Shown one piece after another: positions 13,288-26,748 of a stretch of DNA of 64,000 nt (its first letter is position 1; each line of letters begins with the position of its first letter). Both the position numbers and the translations under genes were made by a program. The stretch is from positions 313,968,001 to 314,032,000 of the forward strand of contig OZ024743.1 of assembly GCA_964016885.1 (NCBI GenBank), in the 5' to 3' direction. This stretch comes from Eledone cirrhosa (lineage: Eukaryota). The notes below the pieces were generated by a model that searched no databases, was not told the DNA's origin, and saw nothing but the letters and a program-made list of their open reading frames with translations.

Positions 13288-13290
<3 letters not shown>
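12578..13290. mobile_element. Rearranged PLE pLTR with interleaved inverted repeats
   Basis: 12578-12700 is inverted at 13048-13170, and 12945-13056 is inverted at 13179-13290. Contains an HHR. Confidence 0.7.
12646..12732 (-). ncRNA. Type I hammerhead ribozyme with extended stem II
   Basis: Reverse complement ACCTT-CTGACGA-GAGTTT..AATGGA..(GCAA loop)..TCCATT..AGACTC-GAAA-CCG-att-CGG-TA-AAGGT. Confidence 0.88.
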
Positions 13291-13321
<31 letters not shown>

Positions 13322-13325
<4 letters not shown>

Positions 13326-13522
13326 TGGAAGCTTAGTAAAATCGAAGCTTTGGCTGTGGCCAAGCAATGTCTACCTACAATAAGGAATGAGTAGCAAAGC
13401 ACTCAATAAGGGTAGGTCCTAAGAGTAATAACATTACGTTTAAAAGCTTGACAAATTGAAAATTGTGGTAGGCAAAACCCAAACATACAATACCAAAAAC
13501 AACGAAAGAACTAATCAGGTTA
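13322..13522. repeat. Dispersed ~200-bp repeat (probable PLE tail)
   Basis: AATTGGA.GCTTAGTAAAATCGAA.. also at ~16012 and ~16620. Contains AAAGCACTC. Confidence 0.6.
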
Positions 13523-13744
13523 TATATATATATATCAAAATAACAGATTAAAGTTTAGGCAAATAATCGCTGCTTTCGCCTTTAACGGGATCTTCTTAAA
13601 CTAAAACATTCAATCTGTGAACGCAGGAGTAAATATCCTTGCTCTCCTTTTTCATTACTCTCCTTGCTAGCCTTTTCTCATTGCTTTCCTCGCTCATCAA
13701 ATTTAATATTATTACTATATTACTATATTTCTATATATATATAA

Positions 13745-14530
13745 AAGAAAATTTCGCACTACATGGCTGAATGTAATCTGAGTTTTTCGAATATTAATAA
13801 TAACATTCGATTCGTTTGCAATTATGCAAATCAGGCCGATCGGTCACTGTGTATTTTTGAAAATAGCATATATTTTCACTAGCTCTGACAGTTTGGCAGG
13901 GGAACAGTGAGTTGTACTGATAAAGGGTGATACCCAGAAACATTAAAGTCTGCAGTTCTGTTTGCATACCAACAGAAGAGCAAGAACGAAGGGTTCATTC
14001 TACTGACATGGCTATAAAATTGAGGCTTGTTTGCGTAATTGTAAACGAATTGAATGTTATTATTGATATTCGAAAAACTCAGATTACATTTATTGTATTC
14101 GGCCATGTAAATCGAAATTTTCTTTTTTATTTGAATTTGGCAAAGCCGGCCATTTATCGCTCATATACAGGAAACGGACTGGCCAGTCTCCTGATATGCA
14201 AATCTGGCTGATCAGTGGATCTGCTAATATGCAGATCTGACTGATCAGCCAGTCTGCTAATATGCAAATTAGGCGGATCAGTCACTGTGTATTTGTGAAA
14301 AAAGCATATATTTTCACCAGCTCTGACAGTTTGGCAGGTGAACAGTGAGCTGTACTGATGAAGGGGGATACCCAGAAACATTAGTGTCTGCAGTTCTGTT
14401 CGCATGCCAACACACGAGCAAGAATGAAGTGTTCATTCTACTGACATGGCTATAAAATTGACGCCTGTTTGCATAATTGCAAACGAATCGAATGTTATTC
14501 TTAATATTCGAAAAACTCAGATTACATTCA
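13745..14530 (+). mobile_element. Tandem ~438-bp HHR repeat (retrozyme-like), copy 2
   Basis: Same organisation as 3050-3843. HHR cores at ~13917 (CTGATAA, mutated) and 14355 (intact). Confidence 0.75.
14349..14394 (+). ncRNA. Type I hammerhead ribozyme
   Basis: GCTGTA-CTGATGA-aGGG-ggata-CCCa-GAAA-CATTAGTG-TC-TGCAGT. Confidence 0.83.
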
Positions 14531-14534
14531 TATA

Positions 14535-14622
<88 letters not shown>

Positions 14623-14627
14623 TGTAA

Positions 14628-14668
<41 letters not shown>

Positions 14669-15114
14669 ACTCAATACCGAGTATTCATTTCTCTCAGCTG
14701 TCAACCACACACGGATATATGTATATTAGTGTGTCCCTTAACAATATCTAATTTTCCGAAAGTTAAAATTCTGCTGCTCCTACACCGGAAAATATGTGTC
14801 TTCCCTATACCTGCTCTCTGTCCCCAGCTTTACAAGTTGTCATCCCTATTATATTTATTGTCACTTATTAAACAATATGTCTGAACACGTTTTTAATTTA
14901 AGAGAAAATTATATAAGAAATAAAAATGTGATCTGAAAAAATGACTTTTTCGAACTTTCACTGTTGATGAGAATCGCCTTGCAGTTGTCCGCTTGAGCTA
15001 CGATTCTGCATAGATTGTTTTATTGTTAATTGGAACAAGATAGAGGGGAGCTAAACTTTTAGAAACTTGAAAAATAAGGGCCAACCTAATATATATATAT
15101 ATATATATATATAA

Positions 15115-15460
15115 GTAGAAGTTGTATTTAATTTGTTGGAAGTCCGACAAATATAAATGTTTATAACTGATTTAAAGCACTCAATAGAAACTGGAGTAAA
15201 TATTCAATGATATTAAATAAATGGAAACTATATTTATAAAACCATATTTATTTTATTATAAATATTTCAAGGGTAACAAAGAGTTACCAGTGAATTTCCA
15301 ACCGATAAGGTATGGTTTTCATAGATATGTCTCTATTTATAAAACAAAGTTTGTATTTTATCTTATCAAAGCGTACCAATGTTGTCTTGGTTACCCTTGA
15401 AATATATATAATAAAATAAATATGGTTTTATAAATATAGTTTCCATTTATTTAATATCAT
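15115..15460. mobile_element. Small fold-back PLE pLTR remnant with one-sided tail
   Basis: Arms ~15207-15278 and ~15390-15460. Tail 15115-15206 contains AAAGCACTCAA. Degenerate HHR at ~15355-15417. Confidence 0.7.
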
Positions 15461-15463
15461 TGT

Positions 15464-15570
<107 letters not shown>

Positions 15571-15576
15571 AGAGTG

Positions 15577-15607
<31 letters not shown>

Positions 15608-15621
15608 GCGAGAGAGAGAGG

Positions 15622-15660
<39 letters not shown>

Positions 15661-15668
<8 letters not shown>

Positions 15669-15992
15669 GGTGAAATTGCAAATAGCGCGGAAAATATATT
15701 TAAGGATCTGTTTTTTTCTTTTATTATTTTCTTTGATTCGTTAAAGTGACATTATTGAAAAAATGAGGGACAATTCTTTCAAAAAGAGTTTTATTTTGTA
15801 TATAAAATATACACTATACATTATAAAACTCTTTTTTAAAGAATTGTCTCCCTCATTTTTTCAATAATGTCACTTTGACGAATCAAAGAAAAGAAAAAAA
15901 AAAGTAAACAGATACTTAAATATATTTTCCTTGCTATTTCCAATTTCACCTTTTCTCTATAACCACTTTTTGTTATAGTATCTTACTCCCTT
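15661..15992. repeat. ~135-bp-arm inverted repeat (fold-back element)
   Basis: 15661-15794 is inverted at 15823-15958, between (GA)n and (TA)n. Confidence 0.8.
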
Positions 15993-16724
15993 TATATATA
16001 TATTTATATATAATTGGATGCTAGTAAAATCGAATCTTAGGCGGTGTGCAAGCAAATTCGACCTACTATATGAATGAGTTAGTAAAGCACTCGACAATGT
16101 ATGTCCTTAGAGTAATAACATACGTTTAAATAGCTTGACAAATTGAACATTGTAGTAGGCAAAATCTAACACACAATACCAAAGTAACGAAAGAACTAAC
16201 AGGTTGAGAAAAAATACACCTGGACAAATCAAACGTTATACGTTTAACGTATTTCTATGAATCCGAAATCAAATATCAGACTTACGTAACTGGCAAGCTC
16301 GTGGTATTCATGATCGAACAGAGGATTCAATTCATCAACAGGTTTTCGTTCTACCAAACAACGGGGCGAGATACTAAATGTTGCCGAGCAGCAGCGAATC
16401 CTATATTTAGTTGTCACGTATTATTCCCAGCAAGGGAAATAACCCCCGGTTTTTGGCGGGTCATTCAAAATGTTAGACAAAGGAAATATTATCATTCCCG
16501 CTAACTTTCAGAATAAGTTCTCGACCAGATGTTATTAAACAAACACAAATAATTAACCAATCAACAGAATTGTCTAATTAAATTAATTAGTTAATTATTA
16601 AATCTAGGAGGAAATAATATAATTGGATGCTTAGTAAAATCGAATCTTTGGAGGTGTGCAAGCAAATTCGACCTACTATATGAATGAGTTAACAAAGCAC
16701 TGGACAAGGTAGGTCCTTAGAGTA

Positions 16725-16835
16725 ATTGTTTCTACTTTAGGCACAAGGCCAGCAAATACCCAGTGCATTACTGGTACTTTATTTTATCGACCCCGTAAGG
16801 ATGAAAGGCAAAGTCAACTTCGGCGGGATTTTAAC
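16725..16835 (-). mobile_element. Cephalopod-type SINE fragment
   Basis: TTTCTAC..AGGCACAAGGCC..ACTGGTACTT..TTTATCGACCCCG.AAGGATGAAAGGCAAAGTC resembles abundant Octopus SINEs (recalled, not searched). It interrupts the ~200-bp repeat. A similar stub lies at ~22722. Confidence 0.7.
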
Positions 16836-16920
16836 ATACGTTTAAATAGCTTGGACAATATATATATATATATCAAATTACATTTATTGTGTTCAGACAT
16901 GGAGAGCGCTAAACTACGTG

Positions 16921-16970
<50 letters not shown>

Positions 16971-17043
16971 AAAAAAAAAGAGATGAAATCGAAAATGCAA
17001 CTGGAGTCTTATTTTTTTAAAAAATATATATATTTATTTGGTT

Positions 17044-17081
17044 CCTTTACCGGTTTCGCAGTTCTTCTGCTTTTCAAAAGG
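17044..17081 (-). ncRNA. Minimal hammerhead ribozyme, U3-A8 core variant
   Basis: Reverse complement CCTT-TTGAAAA-GCAG-aagaa-CTGC-GAAA-CCGG-TA-AAGG. Confidence 0.8.
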
Positions 17082-18102
17082 TGAGTGGAGATGGAGAGTC
17101 TGTGGTTTTTGTCACATCTGGTTGGTCTCTGAATGTTACTTGTTTTATATGGAAAAAAGCGGCTCGAAATGCCAGGTTTTTCGAGAAGTAATTTGATTGG
17201 TTTGTCAATAATTATAATAAATTTCGCGCCAGTTCGCGTTAGAAAAGTTCTTCAAATAAGAGGGGGGGGGGCACAGGTTATTTTTTCATATATGAGTGTT
17301 TGAATTTCTTTTTACTTGAAAAAAGGAGGCTCACGAAGGCTTTTTTTTTGGTTGGTTATAAATGAAATTTGGCTGTCACGTGAACAAGTTTTCATTACAT
17401 TTTTGCGCCCTTATTTGGAAAACTATTCTGTAGTCTTTATAGTGAATGGTATGACAATGGAGAGATAGTGGTCAAGAGAAAAGGTATTGGGAGAAATGTT
17501 CTGGATCAGTGAATATGGCCAGCTCGCCGGGGTGTCAGAGTTCAGATTTTCTATTGAAGTGAAGATATGTATGTTTATTTGTGTGTTTGTGTGTGTGTAT
17601 GTGTGTGTGTATGTGTGTATTGGAAGATGATTCTATTAGTAGAGATGGGGGAGGGAGTTGTGTGTGTGTGTATATGGGTGTTATGTGTGTGTGTGCGAGT
17701 ATGTTAAGATGGAGAGAATATATATTTTGTGTCTGTGTATATATATATATGTGTGTAGGAAAGTGGTTCTATTAGTAGAAATGGGGAGGGTGTTGTAGGT
17801 GTGGGGGTTGTTATGTGTATGTATGGGTGTTATGTGTGTGGGAGTATGGTTAGCATGTTAAGATGAAGAGAATATATATATATATATATTATGTGTGTGT
17901 GTGTATGTGTGTGTGTAGGAAAGTGATTCCTTTAGTATGAATATTTTTGAATGAACATATTTTCCTTACTTTTTCGTGTTTGCTGTTGTATTGCCAGTGC
18001 AAACGTATGTTAAGGTTTATTTAGTTCGGGTTTTTATTTTCTAAAGTAGAAGGTGTTATGTGTGTGTGTGTATGTCATATTGTGGTGTTGACATAATGTA
18101 TA

Positions 18103-18788
18103 TTAAACCTTATTTAATGTTGGTCTATATTTTTGAATAAACATATTTTCCTTATTTATTCGCATTTGTTCTGTTGTATTGTTAGCGCAAAGATCAAATG
18201 GGAAGACTTGGAATTTGGGTGTCTTATTACTTGCGCAAATATTTAGATGTGCACTTAGTGGTATCTGTCTCGTGGTTGGATCTCGTAATTGTTGGCGATG
18301 AACTGTCGTTCTGTTTCTGAGTGTGAGTTTAGTTTGTCCTATATAATCTTCATTGCATCCTTTACATTTAATGGCATAAAGTAGAGTTTTTGATGAGCAA
18401 GTGAAGTGATTTTTTACAGTAAAATTTTGTCCTGATTTAAATGTATACGTGTTGCCTTCAATGAGCTGAGTGCAGGTGCCACAATTAGAGCGACCACATT
18501 TTTTGATAGTTGGTTGTGGGTTTGTGGTAGGTAATTTGGCATTGGTGAGTAATGTTTTCAGTGATTTTGGTTGTCTTTTGCTTTTGATTATTTTGTGTGT
18601 TTCAAGGGCTTTTTTCGTTCTTGGGTTTTGTTTTAGTAGTGGGATGTTATTGTGAATAGTGTTGTAAGCTTCCGCATTTCTTGGGGTGTGTGTTGAGATA
18701 TATGATAGAATATTGGACGTACCTTGAATTTGTTTCTGTTTCCGTAATTCATCAATGCCTATTGCTTTAGCCCTTTCTATTCCATTAT
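18103..18788 (-). pseudogene. PLE linker plus GIY-YIG endonuclease frame (not in the ORF track)
   Basis: Manual translation: ..SKRQPKSLKTLLTNAK..KKCGRSNCGTC..FTCSSKTLLYAIKCKGCNEDYIGQTKLTLRNRTTVHRQQ..ENMFIQKYRPTLNKV*. Confidence 0.85.
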
Positions 18789-18924
18789 TTAAAATAAGCC
18801 CTTTCTATTCAATTATATAAAAAAATAAGACTCCAGTTGCATTTTCGATTTCGTCTCTTTTTCTTTATACTTTCACTCGTGTAGGACACCTCGGTTATTT
18901 TTCATTTTGTAAAAAAACCCACAC

Positions 18925-19007
<83 letters not shown>

Positions 19008-19133
19008 TGTATGTAAGTGAGCCTTTCTAGAAGGTGGCAACACCAATGGAGCTGCTATTCTTTCCTAAAGAGTTTCTCGAATTCCGCCCTGCTTATCCTC
19101 TATATTTTCTATTTCTTTAATTTCCCATTCTTT

Positions 19134-19168
19134 CTTCTTATGTAGGACTAGCATCCGAAACGTTAAGA
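19134..19168 (+). ncRNA. Degenerate minimal hammerhead motif
   Basis: TCTT-cttatgta-GGA-ctagca-TCC-GAAA-CG-TT-AAGA; the core is mutated. Confidence 0.45.
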
Positions 19169-19245
19169 CCCTCTTCCTGCTATTTCAAGCGTTAAACTAT
19201 TATATTCCTTCCATATGCTGTGCGGTTTTTTTTTTCCTGTTTACC

Positions 19246-21489
<2,244 letters not shown>

Positions 21490-21500
<11 letters not shown>

Positions 21501-22080
21501 TAAAGTTAGTCCTTCATCAGTGATCTTCCAACGATCATTGGTATTTCATCGCTTTAAAGACCATATACCTCCGGTTGGTGCGAGCAACGGCTAAAAAAGT
21601 CGTTGGGACACGTAAATAAAGGGAAAAACGAGTGTAAACAAACAAAAATGGTGAAGCAACGAAAAGTGAGGAAGAAGGAGTCAAGTCCCAAATCTCTATG
21701 AATTTAAATTCGGTGAAATCGTGAACGAGAGAGAATAAAGACCATCAAACCTGGTTGGAATGTGAGCAAAGAAGGAATTCCGTACAGGTCTAACGGGAGG
21801 AAGAAGGGATCTAGTCTGTGATTTCGGTGAACGTAAGTTCTGTGAAATCGTAGACGAGAGAGAGAAAAAAAGCGACCTGCCAACCAAGGGTGCGAAAGAA
21901 AAGAATTACGCACAGGTCAAACGGGAAGAAGGAGGAGGAGGAAAGGTAGTAACAGAGAATGAGTGAGTGAAGGGTGAGGAAGAGGCTAACAGAGAGAATG
22001 ACTGCTAGAGAGGGTAAAGATATAGAGAAAGAGGAAGCAGTAAGAACGAAATAGACGTGTAACAGCGGGGAAAAAATATG
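21490..22080 (-). mobile_element. Second copy of the non-coding element at 1-840
   Basis: Reverse-complement similarity over ~590 bp; ORF-track peptides match (SQTRSLLPPVRPVRNSF). Confidence 0.8.
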
Positions 22081-22921
22081 TATAGGAACGAGTAGGACCC
22101 CGACGGCTGAGCTCAAGCCGTTTCAACGGCTAATTCTGGACTAAATGAAAATTGTTATCCTGGTATATGAATAGCTGAGCTTCTCAGGGGGTAATTCCAT
22201 ATGTGGTAAAAGTGATTGTCACAAGGATTGGTCAAACGTTTGTTGCTGAGACACATAATTCTATCATGGCAATTTGTGGAAGGAAGGGGTAGCAGAACCT
22301 GCCAGTAGAAGAAAGAGGGAGAGGGAGTGGAAGAAACCAGTCGTGCGTTGATAGTGCCAACTACAGCAGGATCCTAAGGGCAGGAGGTCAAGCAAGCATA
22401 CTAGCGAGGAGGAGGGGGAGGAAGTCGAAACAATAAGTAAATCAATATGGAGTAAATATATAGAAGAATAACAAAAATGTTAAAAATATAAAAAATAAGT
22501 TCTGGTTACTATTCCCTAACCACAATCATCAAGTCTCTCACTGGTACTGCTAAACTATAGAAAAGTTTACTAGGTGGGACAGAATTGTAGTGGGACAATT
22601 TTATGAGTTAGTAGTAATCAATCGAGTATATCTTACAGTGACAGGTCAACAAGTGGGGGCCAAAATACTAAAGAAACTACCACGAAATAATAATTCAGAG
22701 ACCCGAAACTAATTCGAAATAATTGTTTCTACCCTAGGCAGAAGGCCAGCAATTACCCAGTGCAACACATAAACTAATACGAAATAATAATTCAGAATCC
22801 CGAAAATAAATACTATTACTATCTCTAAGGGTGCCGCTACGATACAAAAGTTCTAGTACAAACTACATAAATGCTCGTACGATATATATGAAAAATTTGA
22901 TACGGAAAATTAATTCAGAAT

Positions 22922-22952
<31 letters not shown>

Positions 22953-24667
22953 AAAATAAATACTGATATATGAGAAACTAAAGCAGAGATACGACTAAGA
23001 AATGTAGAAAGCACGGAAATGGGGCAGCCATCGGATAAGAAAGCAAGTATCTGGTGTCTATCACATCTGCTATAAAAAGCGGAGTCGGCCAATTCTATCA
23101 TAGAATAGGGGATGGGGTGGGGGTATTGAAGCTACAAAGGACCGAGGGGCTACCGAGGGGTTGGCGAGAAAGTGATAAGGACGACGTCAAAGAAGGAGAA
23201 CTGGGGTGGAAGGACTAGGAAGGGATGGGGGAAGAAGGAAATATAGAGGAAACCATAAAAAGATATAAAAGAAAATCTTACGTCTACCTTTGCAAGCAGG
23301 GGTTACACATTACAAAGTCGGCAAGTGGGGTGTTACAGCCCTTGTCTACCCCCCGGGTCATTATGGGGTTTGAGGGCGAGGTAAGTACTACGCAATATGT
23401 GTTTGCATGCATTTACCAGTTCGTCTTTCTTGTTTCGGAGTTGGTCCGTCGAAAACAGCATTTGTAAAGATTCCTCCCAGCATAAATTGCACGGACGGCG
23501 TCCTCCCGTGTAAGAGTTGGCTCTGGACAATAAGCTCCAAGTGAGATCATAGGTAATATTGTTAATTTTTAGGTCCCAGATCTGGCTCGAAAGTGTGGTG
23601 GCGTGATGCCGGGCTGGGTTTCGGAAAGTATGTCTGTGTTGGTATAGCCGGGTCTTGAAGTCACATGCGGTTAATCCTATATAAGCTTTGTTGGAGGTGT
23701 CCGTCCTCACGTTGCACTGGTAGCTTACATTACGATCTCTGCATTTGTTGTCGAGGAGGCAAATGGATCCATCAGGACAGTTGCACCTCCTGGTCGGCTC
23801 TCCACTGCTATTTAGGTTATTTCTTCCATAGGGGTTGAGATTTTTGTTGTTAGAGGAGACGATGTTTTGTGCAAAGTTAGGTGTGGTGCTGTAGTAGAGT
23901 TTGATGGTGTTTTTTGTTGATTATGTTGTGGTAACGGTGTTGTAGTGGGAAGTGTTTTCGATGAGACTAAAGAAGATTTTCCCGATAGGAGTTGTCACAT
24001 CGGCGTTGTGGGGAGGATTAAACCATGTTACATTGCGTGAGCGGCGGTGTCGCCTGCTGGTTCCGCTAACTGAATCTGGACAATAGGATATTTCATTCCC
24101 GGAAGCCACTCCGCTTGAGGGCCTGGTTGTAATAAGGCGCATGTTCCACGAATATCTGCTCATTAGCGGACAAACGAGATATGCGGAGGAAGATGTTTTT
24201 AACCAGGTTGTTGGTGATGTTCCAAGGATGATTTGACCGGCGGTGGATGTAGTGCAGGTTGTCGTTGGGTTTCCTGTATGGGTAGTACAGATCATTATCG
24301 AGATCAAGAGTAACGTCCAGGAAGTTTACTCGTGTCAGGGACGTTTGTAGGGTTATTTTAAATCCCCAGTCGCGGAAGAAGCTGATTAATTGTTTACGGA
24401 CCCGGTCTGTACTACTGGGGATGTACCCTTTAAGGGTAAGGAGCCCATCATCACGGTACAATCCACCGCCGAATACAGGAAACATATCGGTGAGTTTAAC
24501 TTTGTAGTCTCAGTACCCCCATTTTCATTTAGTCCAGAATTAGCCGTCGAGACGGCTTCAGCTCAGCCGTCGGGGTCCTACTCGTTCCTATTACCCACTC
24601 AACTACCCTAAGTATTGAGTACTTTGGTGCGTTATGGTCCACCTGGTTCCTTACCACATTTCCTTCG

Positions 24668-24670
<3 letters not shown>
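22081..24670 (-). mobile_element. Naiad-type PLE, 5'-truncated, with inverted pLTR and tail
   Basis: RT GGGLYRDDGL..NFLDVTLDL, linker WFNPP, CNC..C..C, then AYIGLT..FKTR..H..TLS..IW..CNLC..E..CKH. Inverted end at 24520-24670. Confidence 0.9.
22097..22192 (-). ncRNA. Hammerhead-like ribozyme with CUGAGAA core
   Basis: Reverse complement ACCCC-CTGAGAA-G..long stem II..GAAA-CGGCT-tgagctc-AGCCG-TC-GGGGT. Confidence 0.7.
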
Positions 24671-24741
<71 letters not shown>

Positions 24742-24883
24742 CAAGAACCTATATCAAGTGAAGATTATTTAGAATTTGTTTTCCAGCAGAGCTAAAAGAA
24801 TTCTATTGTCTCCATAAACCTCTCTCTCTCTATATATATATCCATGGATATTCACACACACACACTCACACACACACACACAG

Positions 24884-24998
<115 letters not shown>

Positions 24999-25384
24999 CC
25001 TTTTATAATTTCTCTTTGTTATTTTGAAACGACGTAAGAACTCTCTCTACAAATAACCTATTCCTTTCAGGTATCGTTTTTTTTCTTTAAACAGTAACTA
25101 TATATATATACATAGAGAATTAAGGGGATTTTCTGCTGCAATAAATATGCAAAGTGAAAGTCTTGTCAAGAATATAGAACATGTAAAATCTATATCACTA
25201 GCATACATACATTTCTCAAAAGAGCTTTGAATCAAATTCAATAATTTTTATATTTCTTTTCCTTGTGCATTAGTTTAAGCAACCAAGATCATCAATATAT
25301 TCATGGAAACACTAACATATATATACGTATTTATGTGTGTGTTGCTTGAGATATACCGACGCATCATATATATATATATATAAG

Positions 25385-25722
25385 CAAAGGAATATTTAAT
25401 TTGTTGGTAATTCAACAAATATATATATATATTTAGAGCTGATTCGAAGCACTCGACAGCTTTTCATGAGTATAATATCAATGATATTAATAAATGAAAA
25501 CTATATTTATAAAACCATATTTATTTTATTATATATATTCAAGGTTGCCAAAAGTTTCGTACGCCCTTATCAGTTAAAATGCAAAGTTTGTTTTATAAAT
25601 ATTGACATATCCAGGAACGAGATCTTAACGGTTCAAGTTTGTCCTGGATATTCAGGAAAAACTTGAACCGTGAAGATCGTCGAAACGGCCGGAGCTCAGC
25701 CGTCAAGGTCCTGACTCTTTTC
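25385..25722. mobile_element. Two fused PLE pLTR remnants
   Basis: 25385-25610 is the TATATA-HHR family on the minus strand. 25615-25722 is a Naiad-like end with a long hairpin (GATCTT-AACGGTTCAAGTTT..AAACTTGAACCGT-GAAGATC) before GAAACGGC..GCCGTC. Confidence 0.6.
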
Positions 25723-25748
25723 CTATATATATAATATATATATATATA

Positions 25749-26537
25749 CTGATTAACCTCGATGTCACGTGATTGATTCTTTTGAATTTGCCACCGACCA
25801 AGTAGGCAGTGATTTTTTCAAAATCTTGGAATTTAGTCCACGCTTGCTTTTTTCCATCCACTGAATTATTTTTGTATAAGTTCCCTGTGTCCACGCATCG
25901 CCTGGTAACTTAGCTGAGAATGAGCTTCCTGATGACGAAAGGTTTCTCCATGCGTTCCATTCGGAAACCATATTTATTCCCTTTCAGAAACTAATTAGTT
26001 GGAGTGAAATTCTAGTATTATGTTAATTTTTATAATTTTCTTATTTTACGTCTTTCATATAATTGTTCTGCATCCCCCTGCATTGAACCACAAAGTTACT
26101 AAGACAAACCTATATATTTGCTAGCATAGGTATGCCTCTGTATATATATATGTTGGTAGATATACTAATTCTTTATAATTATCTCCAAATTATTTTGTTG
26201 AGCAAAAATTTGCCAAAACTGCTACTATAGTTCATAGTAATGGCTCGGCCACTCTCTTTTTAACAACCCACTCCTCACTGATTAACCTCGATGTCGCGTG
26301 ATTGATTCTTTTGAATTTGCCCACCGACCAAGTAGGCAGTGATTTTTTCAATGTCTTGGAATTTAGTCCACGCTTGCTCTTTTCCATCCACTGAATTATT
26401 TTTGTATAAGTTCCCTGTGTCCACGCATCGCCTGGTAACTTAGCTGACAATGAGCTTTCTGATGACGAACCTATATATTTGCTAGCATAGGTATGCATCT
26501 GTATATATATGTTGGTAGATATACTAATTCTTTATAT
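25749..26537 (+). repeat. Non-coding element with ~190-bp and ~70-bp direct repeats
   Basis: 25749-25939 matches 26277-26470, and ~26108-26177 matches ~26468-26537. Partial HHR CTGATGA-CGAA..TTCG-GAAA at ~25929-25967. Confidence 0.6.
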
Positions 26538-26595
26538 ATATATCTATATATATCTATATCTATATCTATATCTATATCTATATATATCTATATCT

Positions 26596-26643
<48 letters not shown>

Positions 26644-26684
26644 GATATTAAATAAATGGAAACTATATTTATAAAACCATATTT

Positions 26685-26748
26685 ATTTCATTATATATAT
26701 TTCAGGGATATCATATTAACAATATGTTATGCCTTCTTCAGACAAAAT
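26685..26748 (-). ncRNA. Type I hammerhead ribozyme (left arm)
   Basis: Mirror image of 28981-29044. Confidence 0.78.

Larger units (their letters stand above)
16967..18930 (-). mobile_element. 5'-truncated Penelope-like element with inverted 5' pLTR
   Basis: GIY-YIG reading frame ~18103-18788(-). 16967-17020 is inverted at ~18818-18868 with an extra tail. HHR at 17044. (TA)n flanks. Confidence 0.9.

Noticed and set aside
12578-13290. DIRS-like ITR/ICR structure
   Set aside because: The internal block joins the inner ends rather than the circle junction, there is no tyrosine recombinase, and it carries a PLE-type HHR.
14940-15015. Possible small minus-strand exon
   Set aside because: Weak splice signals and no recognisable peptide.
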